Assembly: GCA_036172245.1 (NCBI GenBank)
Contig: JAYWIR010000062.1
Coordinates: 62,001-126,000 of the forward strand
DNA length: 64,000 bases
Origin: Raillietiella orientalis
Taxonomy: Eukaryota
Direction of reading: 5' to 3'
The notes beneath the pieces were generated by a model. It was given only the letters and a program-made list of their open reading frames with translations. It was not told the origin of the DNA and did no database searches. Numbering within the stretch: the stretch's first letter is position 1; each line of letters starts with the position of its first letter. The position numbers and the translations under genes were made by a program. Positions 25,090 through 34,733 of this stretch are shown here, one piece after another.

Positions 25090-25680
25090 TAAGGCGGCCT
25101 CGTTGGCTCAGGAAGACGAGGAAATCTCGTCTCCGCAACGTATGGAAGTGAGGGCAAGCGCCTCCAGGGACTCGTCCCCCGCCCCGGCGAGGGTTCGGGG
25201 TGCTTTGGTGGCGGCGCCTTCTCCAGCAGTGGCGACGGAACAGCGGGCGTATGAGGCCGAAGGGTACAACCCGTGCACTGTTCAACCTAGGCGGCCTATA
25301 TTTCCCCGCGACAGTTCGTTTCTTCTCCCAGAGGCTTGAAAAGCTAAACATCCCTGAGGACGAGGTAGTCGTCCTGTCTGTGGGTAGTGGGGTGTAGCTT
25401 GTGGAGTTGAGCTGCAAAAGCGCCCGGGCTCACTCGACAGCTTTCAGTGGGCTCGCCACAGGGCGTGTGACGGTCCGCAAGGACAGTTGGTTACCCCACA
25501 GACTATAGATCGGCAAGGAATATGTCGATCTGTGGAATGTGGAGAGACCCAAATATTGCGGATACTGCGAGGCCACACATCACCTCAAGAAGGGGTGTTT
25601 CCAACATCGTGTGTGCTTCTTGTGCGGAAACAAAGTGCACATCACGCGGGTGTGTTGTACACGAACAACGTCCATTCCTG
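25090..25680 (+). mobile_element. Internally deleted LINE ORF1 remnant
   Basis: EQRAYEAEGYNP and LEKLNIPEDEVVVL parallel the element at 3175; VDLWNVERPKYCGYCEATHHLKKGC...CFLCGNKVHITRVC are zinc knuckles. Confidence 0.7.
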
Positions 25681-26039
25681 ATGGCAACAGGAGAATGGGC
25701 TGTAGGAGATCTACTGGTGTACGTTTGCGATCTTGGTTGTGCTTGCCGAAGAGGGAAGCCGCAGGCGGCTATGCTCCTCCGGCTGGGATAAATCAGGGCT
25801 GCTGGTCCTTGGCAGGAGCCGTCCCCAGGCGAGTAGACATAACTGATACGAACCAGGGGGTGGTCCAAAACTTGACTAGCAAGGCGAGTCTTTTTACATC
25901 GAGATGAGGCTACCTTCGCTCTTGCATGAGCACGCCAAGTCCTCCGTCCCGACGCGAAGCGCACAAGCCACTCATTCGTTTTCCCAAGTCCCACAAGGGG
26001 TGGCTGAATTTGTTTTCTTGGATCCTTTACTCAGGATTT

Positions 26040-27803
26040 CCATCGGAGATACGGCGGTGCTGGTGGTCTTCATCTTCCACCACCGCACAAGGATGGCGGT
26101 GATGAAGAAGGCGATGGTCATCCTTACCATGGGATTGTAACAGGGAACATTTTCATTATCTTGGAACATGCCTGCTAAAATTCCCGGGATATGGATAGAT
26201 CCTGAATTCCGACGAGAAAAAATTGGCTTTTCTGGGCGTTGATTTTTAAGCCCTATCCTTCTTCCACAAGCTTCACCACATCCAGAAACGAAAGCTGATC
26301 TCTCTCCCCTTTGAGGAAGAAAAGATCATCCTCGTAAGCCAGATGTGTGAGCCGTTGATTGTCGACAGTGGTTCCACGGAGGTGCCCACTTCTCTCGATG
26401 AATGATAAGAGGGCCTTAATGTATATGACATACTGCATCGGACTGAGAGAGGACTTCGCCTTGGCGGACTCCTCGTTCCATCCGGATGGCTGCTGTCTCT
26501 TCCCCGTTTATCTTGATCCGAAAATGTTGCTCTTCAAGTATCATCTTCACGAAGTTGCTGAATTGTTCCGGGAGGCCCAGTTTCCCTAGAATCTTCAGCA
26601 GCATCCCACGGTCCACCGTATCGAAAGCTTCCACTATGTCAGTGAAACCCAGTACCAAGTTCTCGCCGATCTATAAGCTGAGACCAATGGTAGCCTGGGC
26701 ACACTTGACATTGTCCGCCATGTGGAGTCCGGGCACCGAGCATGTCTGGACAGTAGAGATAAGCTTCGGCATGACCTTGACTAAGCGGCCCAGAACTTTG
26801 CTAACCATTTGGCATCGCTGCTCGGGATTGAGATTGGCCTCCACTGGGTAACCTCAGTCAGGTCACCTCCTTTTGGCAACAACCTCATCCTGCTCTCGTA
26901 GGAGGATGCAGGTGGTCGTCCTTGTCGGATGCAGAGGGTCAGCTGGTGGAACAAACGTCGGTAGGCATGCAAGTACCGCAGATAGCGAGAGATGGGGACA
27001 CTATCATGGCCCGCCGTTACATCCTAGCGAAGTTCCACAAACGCAGCTTTCACTTCTTCTTCGGAGATTTCCTCTTCAAGCATCTTCCAATGGTTTTCAC
27101 ACGTTCGTCTTTCCAGGTGTTGCTTATCACCGAACTACATGTTGCAGAACAGGTGGACAAGGTGTTTCAGGCTATCTCGGTCGGCAACTCTGAGGATGCT
27201 GGTCGTCCGCAGAATCGCCTCTATAACTTCTTGATGGCAGGGTAGCGTTTCGAACCAGACGGGCATGCTGATGAGCGCCGTACTCGTGGCCTTCTTTCGC
27301 CGAGGGTTTTCAGTCCGCAGAAGAAACCTCATCAGCGGGTGGTCGCACAGCAATGTGCGCGTGTCGCGAGACCCGTGGATACGGTTCTCTATATCGGAGC
27401 TGTAGAGGGCGTGGTCGATCGGCTTCTGGCTGGCTGTTAGCCACAGCAGCTCGAACTCGTCGGACAGCCGAAGATACGCCGTCCTGCCTCTGGCGTCTTG
27501 GAAATGGATGATGTCGTCCAGGATGATAAAATCACCCACGATGATTACGATGTCCTTCGGTGCGACCTTTTGTCGGAGTGTTCCGTGGAGCGCTTCCGCA
27601 CACTGATGCTTTTGGTGGTGTGGTCCGTATACGTTCACCAAGAACAGGTGAACATTTGGGGACCAGGACATTCGAATGCTGAAGATTCTTCCCGGTAAGG
27701 GGCCGAAGGTTTCCAAGACAATGAGAGCGAGCTCGCTCCATATCGAAATTGCCACTCCCATGGTGTTTCTCAGTCCCTCGCTGGCGAACAGTTTTGCGTT
27801 CAA
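26040..27803 (-). mobile_element. L1/Tx1-like LINE ORF2 pseudogene (APE endonuclease + reverse transcriptase), 5' truncated
   Basis: EN motifs LVNVYGP, IIVGDF, IDHAL, CDH; RT motifs LLPKGGDL...WRPISI, DIVEAFDTV, RGVRQG, LAYEDDL (YADD box). Confidence 0.9.
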
Positions 27804-27821
27804 TTGAACGCAAAACTGTTC
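27786..27821. repeat. Perfect 36-bp palindrome at the LINE 5' truncation point
   Basis: gaacagttttgcgttcaa|ttgaacgcaaaactgttc. Confidence 0.95.
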
Positions 27822-30049
27822 TCTCTCTAATGATCATGTTTATTTTGGTTGAGGTTATCTGAGAGCTGTTGCTCCAAGTAATTCGTTAGATCTTTTCGAT
27901 TTAAAGGGTATAACACCAGTGTCTAAGAAGTCTCTACCTACCTGTTCGCTCTATCCCACAGGATTGCCTGACTCCTAAAGAACTTCCGCCAAACTCAATA
28001 TCCAAAAAAGGTTGCTTCCTTGGTAGTCCAACTTTAGCTCTGACAGTGTCCCGACCAGAGAGTATGGCCACTTGTTTCGAGAGTGGTGTCGTAGCGGTCG
28101 TCGCCGTTTCTTCTTCCCCAGTGTGAAAGAGGTGCCATGCTTCCGTGACACCAGGTACAGCATCGATTCCTGTGCTGCTCTCGCCACTCGGGACTGATGA
28201 ATGAACTCATTGGAGAGTACCACACTCAACCCGACCTATCCGAAAGGTTTCCACCCTGAAAAAGAATTCGAAAACGAGTTTTTCCCGACGGATCCTTTTG
28301 GCGAACATCGAATGGGTGCAGCGTGGACTGCGCACTCACCAGCATGATGCTCGAGAGCCTCCTTGCTGTTGTTGCAGACAAGGAGGATGCGTTCCTTTAA
28401 AGGACCGCGTGTCTCCGGGAAGCGCATGCTCCACGGACTGCTGCCGTGGTGAAGAAGAAATTCGGCGCCAACCGCGTCGTTTGCGATTGGCGCAACTCGC
28501 GTGTGCTGCGTTGCAGAATGCGTGCTCTGACCCGGACGGTGGTGAGGGGAATCACGCGTGCACAGGTACGATGGACATGCGCATCCTTCACGAAAACGGA
28601 ACACCCACGCCTTGGATGGCGCGTGTGACCACCTCCGTGACAAGCGTACATCGTACGAACGAAGATCGACGAAACCGTGAAGCAGCAAGCCAACCAACGA
28701 GGTCAATTCCTTGCGGGAATCAAGAAAAAGAAAACGAGCCAAAGAGGCTTTCGAAAGAGGCGCCCAGTTGGTTTCTTTCGCAGGTTTGTGGGCACCACTG
28801 CGCACACCACCAGGATGAGCTGGCGCTCGCCAGACGCGTTGCTTGAGTGCGTGCTCGGTCGACTGCGTGACGTCAGCATGAACACCTCTGTGTTCGGCAA
28901 CCATTCTTGTTGCTTAGCAAAGGAAATTTTCCTTGAAACGCGTGCTGATTGTGAATTCGGTTCTCGGATCGACTCGTGGATTTCTTGGAACAGATCGCAA
29001 ATCGGAGCATCGTACTGCTGCTGAATCCATTCCTCATCTACTTGGGCGTTGTTTGTGAGTTCGGAACATCGTAGCAGATGGCGAATATCATCCGGAAGGG
29101 ATTCGCATCTCTGCGAATACTCTCCACAACCCCGGATTCGCTTCCCACGCCACACGGAAAGCGATTCTCGTCGCTCGCTACCATGAAACACATCTAGTGT
29201 ATCTTGCCTCAGGGGTATTCCTGAAGAATTGTCGACTTGAGAACCCGGTTGCCTTGAGAAAGCAGAAAAGCTGATCGACAAGGAGAGCTGAGCATCGATA
29301 AGATGAATGCAACGTTCTTCAGAGTGTGCAGTACATGCAATGCAGATAGTAATTCATGACTTGTGCATGACTTCCAGGTCGAGTACGTCCTATCTGAAAA
29401 TTGTGCTCAGCTCGCATTAGCATGTCGTCCAGGATAATGTCACTGTGGTTGACGAGGACACGCTGTGTTTTGAGGAAAGTCCCTCGAAGCCTCTCAAAAG
29501 CACATGGCTGTTCAAGAGAAAGCTCACTGCGGGAGAGAAGAAGAGCGTAAAATTCAAAAGGAGAGACGAAGAAGCCATCCAATGTGCAAGCAGGGATCAA
29601 AAGAAAGAATGAATGCTAAGCTGAAGAAGCAGAAAAAGAAGGAAGAAAAGAGACTGCCAAACGTAGAAAGGAGCAGGACAAGGAGGGCCAGAAGCAACGC
29701 AAGCAGCATGGCGTGGAGAAGCCAATAGTTCAGATGGAGCAGAACACGAAAGAAGAGAGAGGTGTGAACAGCGAGATTGTTCCGAGTGAAAAGGAAGGAG
29801 CTGCAGGAAGCACCAGTGCTTTGAGGACAGAGCATTAAGATGGTGTACATAACAAGGCCCTGAACAAGAAAGTCGCATCACGGACAAACACGGCTTGCTT
29901 GCTTTCCATTCTGCAAGCACAAGAGAAGATTGGATGAGGTGGCATTGCCCTCCTTGGGAAGCAACTAATAAACTAACCCGGAGGGCTCGTACAGAATGCA
30001 AAAAGGGAATACAATCAGGAATGTAAAATGAAAGAAGGAATTTCCCGAT

Positions 30050-30093
30050 CTTGCTCAGATCTACAAGGGATTTCCCTTGTAGATCTGAGCAAG
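30050..30093. repeat. Hairpin with 21-bp perfect arms and 2-nt loop
   Basis: cttgctcagatctacaaggga-tt-tcccttgtagatctgagcaag; extends imperfectly to 30043-30100. Confidence 0.9.
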
Positions 30094-30407
30094 GGCGGGA
30101 TTTCAGGAAAGAGCGGGGAACGACCCCCATATTTGGAGTGTGGCAGTCGATTTACCCGGAATCACACCCTCTCGAGGAAATGGAGATATCAGCAGAGGAG
30201 GCGTCCGCGAACCCCTAACAGGAAGAACGCCTGCAGATGCGCTCTTTATCCGTCGAGGCGTGCAGTGCGACGGTGTGGAATCGTTCCATCAGTCTGCAGG
30301 AAGTTGGTCAAATCGGTCCCGGTTTCCCCTTTCTCTGGGGCATTTTTGACGAATGCGGAGATTGCATGTCCCGCGTGTAGCTCATTTGGACCCGCTGACC
30401 CATGGAA

Positions 30408-32250
30408 GATGTTGCTTCCTTCAATTGCAGAGAAAACCAGGAAAACAATTTTCACGGCATTGGAATCAATCGTGGAACGATTGGAGAATGCAACTACGAG
30501 GCTGGAGGCTGCTTCAACAACGGTGGCCCCGCCTGGAGAAAAAGTGTCCGAGAGCTTCGGTCCCTGCGTTCTTGCCTTCTACTTCCTGTCATGTACGGAA
30601 GTGTACATCCGTTCTCCAAGAAGTTGCTCCACTCACGCATTCGCATGGGCATTGCGAACATTCGGGTTCCAGAAGAAATTCGTGTTGCTGTGGTTTTGTT
30701 CCCTTCAACATTCCTTGGCTTCTTTCCGTCACAAAAAGTGCAAAGCATGTGGTTAGCTGCTTGGGTTTCCGGGATGGGATACTGTGTTTGAAATGTTTGC
30801 AATTTTCATTCATTGTATCTCTTTTCAGAGACGGGCGCAGAGTGGGTCCTGAACGTTGACGAAATTCGTTGGGGGTCTTTGGCAGTTTTCCACATCCGGT
30901 CCACGAGCATCTTGGAGGAAGTTCGGCGGCAGGCGCTGATGGTGGTGAAAGCATTCCGGAAAGAGCTCGGTATTTTTTGGAAACCATCATTCGCCGTTGC
31001 CTTCTTGCAATTCCGAAAACGTCAGAACAAGTGCTTGCGAGCAACTTTGTTATTTTTTCCAGAATCCAGCGGGGATTCCTCCATGTGGTTTCTCGTTGCA
31101 AGAAACCTGACCACCGTACGGCGCTCACACAACTCGATCCCCTCTCGGAATGTCTTCGACAGATCGAGGCATTCAAAGAGTGCAACACCGCATGTGCGAC
31201 TTACGCTCATCTTTGCGTCGTCAGCGAGAACGTTGCGGACCTCTCCTGGCTGAAGAGGGTAAGTTGAAGGGCGCGCCAGTGGAAAGTATCCTTTGCCTGG
31301 GGCCCAGATCCTGGAACAACTGTCAAGGATACGACGGACGTGGCGCGATTGCCTGAAGGTGACGTCCTCGAGGAATCCAAAGCAGAGTAAGTGTTTGGGA
31401 CAGAGGGGAAACGAAAACGTTGCTTGTTGCATTCAGGGATGCGGCGTGGGCCGATTCGTGGATGGGAGTCTTATCGGACGTGCACACATTTGTGCAAGCA
31501 CATCACCCAACAGGTGTGAGCAGGAACGCTGAGGGCAGCAGCGTTCACGAGCGCCTGACGACACCCCCACTTGGACCCATCACGACCTGTCTGTGCACTG
31601 CCGGAGTCCCACCAGCTGACACGGCCGCATTCCTTTCCGATTGGAATCCGAAGGAAGCAGTAGGAGAAGAAGGTGAGATTTTCGCTGCTGTGCGAGTTCT
31701 TTTACAGTCGCTCGCCAGGCTTCGGGCACGTCACCGATGACAGCAAAGCAGTGAGGTCAGCAGTCCCACTTGAAGAAGCAGGATGCAAAGTGTTTGGGGC
31801 GATCGCATGACACGAATAGACCTTTTCGATAATGCCACCTTTGTCTTTTGTTTTCCGTTCTGTCGCGAAGTTGGAGGACAAGTTTTCCGAAGTCAAGGCG
31901 AACATGGCGCGATGGTCAACCGGAAGCCTCGGCGAAGGACGGCTCTTTGCATTCTTTTGAATCCGCCGTCTCACCGAAAAAACAAACAAGACACATCGCT
32001 CGCTCCGTACTAACGTCACCTCATCCTGCAGCATCGCACTTCCCTCGCACTCCCCTGGTGATTTCAGGGCTTTCTCATCCCGAGTCGATCGCCTCTGAAA
32101 GGAAGCTGGATGGCTGACGCGCTCCGAGTTCCAGTTCTGCCCGCGTCAGCGAGCCAGCCAACCGTCCACGGGACGCGTTGACGCTGACCTCACTCCTATT
32201 TCAGTCTGAGGTCATCGTATCGAAAGAGCATCGTCCCATCTGTAAGGCTG
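30408..32250 (+). pseudogene. CAP: Adenylyl cyclase-associated protein (CAP/capulet/Srv2), unprocessed pseudogene or very divergent paralogue
   Basis: Exon-like blocks in CAP order: LESIVERLENATTRLEA; VLNVDEIRWGSL...EVRRQALMVVKAF; QRGFLHVVSRCKKP...LDPLSECLRQIEAFKE...HLCVVSENVADLSW; PDPGTTVKD...VLEESK; WADSWMGVLSDVHTFVQAHHPTG; GFGHVTDD; SEVIVSK. GTAAGT donors at ~31259 and ~31387; two splice sites appear mutated and the C-terminus has stops. Confidence 0.8.
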
Positions 32251-34239
32251 CTTCCCCTCTTTCGTTCGCTCCCCGTCTTCGTGACCCCCGAATTTCCATG
32301 GCCACACTCTCCACGCAGAGAACGTCCTTCGTTCCTATTGCGAATGAGAGCACTCAGAGTGAAAAACCTCCATCCACAAATGTGAGACTTCATCCGAGTG
32401 TCCGTTTGCACGCTCGGAATCACCAATTGGAGAAGAATTCGGATGATTCCCTACTATCATGTTGGCATAATTCGGACAAATTGGACCGTCGGGTTTAGCC
32501 TCCACAATCGCGTTAGGCGACGATTCAGAGGACCTGGAATGCGTGTAGCGTTCGCGTGCACTTTCACTTTCCAAGAAGGTGGTTCGATAGGTACTGAGCT
32601 CAATCGGCGATCGTTCAGTGGAAAGGCAGCAATCCGTTCGTGCACTCTTCTTCCAGGTGTGCACGGTCATCACCTTGACCTGACAGCTGCAAGAACACAG
32701 TTCGCACAGCGAAAACCAGTTCGGAACTGAAGCGTAAGTGCAGGAATTTGTCTTCTAGCCAGTGCAGATGTTTCTCATGGGGCGCCCGGGCAACGTTTTA
32801 CTGAAGGAGTCTTTCCCGAGGCGATGGAATTGGGGGCAACAACCGAACCCGCAGAATCGTCCCTCGCGGCAGCGCGGGCTTGGATTTCCGTGGCTGCGGC
32901 TCCAGCACCTTGGGAAAGACTGAAGCAGGAGAACGACCTGCAAGTGGAGTACCTCCCACTTCCGTTATAGAAGGTAGGAAACCTCTACTCTCCTGCGAGT
33001 AGAGGTTTCTTCTTTTAGCGTTCCGCCCTCCTCGCGCCTTCTCGAAAGCTCTGCGCTCTTGCAGCGTACCGCAGGAGGAGCTGTTTGCAATGACCATCAC
33101 GAGCGGCGGGCAGTACGTGGAGGTGATTTGCAGGGAAGCAACTCTCGCTCCGCGTCTGCTCCGCACCCAAGTTCTCATGGGCAATCCTTGGTTCCTCCAC
33201 ATTACGGAGGACAGGTGCATCGTGGTCCACCTCCTCGGCATTACTCTCCGGATGACCAAAGAGGCTGTCCGAAAAGAGCTCGAAAACTTGGGCACGGTCC
33301 ACGCGTTGTGGAGGAAGCCTTCTCCTTTCTCGGAGCACGACTTGCTCTCACTTGTAGTGTCGCTGCCGCTCCATAACGAACGGCGAGCGCCGTGGGTGGT
33401 GGCGCGTGAAACGGTCGACCTGTGGTTCGTGGGGAAACGCAACTACTGCGGGCGCTGCGGTACGGAGGGACACCTCCAGAAGAGCTGCCCCAACGTGCAG
33501 TGTGACCTTTGCCAAACCATGGGGCATTGCCGTCGGATATGCCACAAAAGTGTCGGCCGAGGAATGAAAAAAAGTGCGACGCGAAAAAAAAAAAAAAGGA
33601 AATTAACAACGCGAGCCACCGTTAAGGACGCGATCCCTGCGCCGAAGCCCAAGGCCGCATCCCTACCCCATTGGAAAATGCCGATAGGGTCGAGGAAAAC
33701 GGAGAAGAGGCTGCCTGGCAGGTGGTCCAGTCCAAGATGTTCAAAAAGGAGCACAAACAGAAAGAAAGAGAAATCGCGAAAGCAGAGAAATTTCGCCGAA
33801 GCGTGAGAAAACAAAAAGCTGCTCTGTTCTTATCGAACGCATTGCTGCGGACGAACAGTGCGCCAAAGCTGAACTGACCGCTGCCGATTGCCAACCCTCC
33901 GGCAATATCAACACGAAGGCTAGCGACCCGGCGGCGGCGTCTTTCGTCGAGGCCTCGCTCGATGAGGTCGCCTTTAAACACGCGGCCGAAGAGTACGCTT
34001 TTTGGCTGCAGCGACCTCCCGAGGTCGCGAAAAAAGCCTTGAGGAGCACGGCTTCCATCTGAGATTTCCGACTGTGACGCGGGGGCCCGAAACACAGCTT
34101 CCGTCATCGCGGCTCCTCTCCGGAAACCTGGACGCAGGTCCAAGGCTCCCCTCAGGATCATCTCGCCCGTTTAACCGCAAAGGATGGTCTCCGGACGCGA
34201 GGGTGCGATGGGCGTGGGACCGTCCAGGGGCTCGTCGCT
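30997..34239 (+). repeat. Right arm of 3.24-kb inverted duplication (probable donor copy)
   Basis: CAP homology continues across its inner boundary and the ORF1 element continues across its outer boundary. Confidence 0.95.
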
Positions 34240-34560
34240 TGGGAAATTCCTGCACTGCGACGCGGAGGGCATGGAGGTGGCGGAGGCCATCCAAGTACCT
34301 GTTGTTTGTGTGTATTGTTTGGATGCGCTATTATCGTACAGTCCGAAGTTCCCTGTTTACCCAGTGTCTTGCGGAGCGAAGCCAAAGACCTCCCCGACCC
34401 ACCACAAGTGACATTCTTTTTGTTGTCCCTATCCCCCACCCTGTTTCGTACTTCTATCATCCCGGCTTGCGTGCCGGCGGACTTGTGTCTTTGCTTGGTT
34501 GGCCTTGGTTGGGAACATCGCTCCTAACTGGTTTTCAATAAACGTCCCGGGGTGACCGGA
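32824..34560 (+). mobile_element. ORF1-only (non-autonomous) LINE-derived element
   Basis: ORF1 with an RRM-like segment (VVHLLGITLRMTKEAVRKELENLGTV) and CGRCGTEGHLQKSC / CDLCQTMGHCRRIC knuckles, a disordered tail, then a 3' UTR and AATAAA+hairpin at 34537-34559 with no ORF2 between. Confidence 0.7.
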
Positions 34561-34733
34561 TTACAAATTTCGACAGCCTGCTCTTCGGAGATGTTGCGGA
34601 TCTCCTGCAGGAGCGCAAGATCGGAAGGGCGCAGGGCGTCGGCTACCAACCGCCTCTTCTCGTCTTTCTGCAGTCCGTTCACGTTCCAACACGCAACGGA
34701 CAGACGGCGAGAGGAGGCGATTCCTCGCATCAC
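34561..34733 (-). mobile_element. LINE APE-endonuclease N-terminal fragment, interrupted by the ORF1-only element
   Basis: LSVACWNVNGLQKDEKRRLV...SDLALLQEIR. Confidence 0.8.

Noticed and set aside
28000..30000. ORFs of 100-220 aa, possible transposase or gene remnant
   Set aside because: No catalytic or family motif identified by eye.
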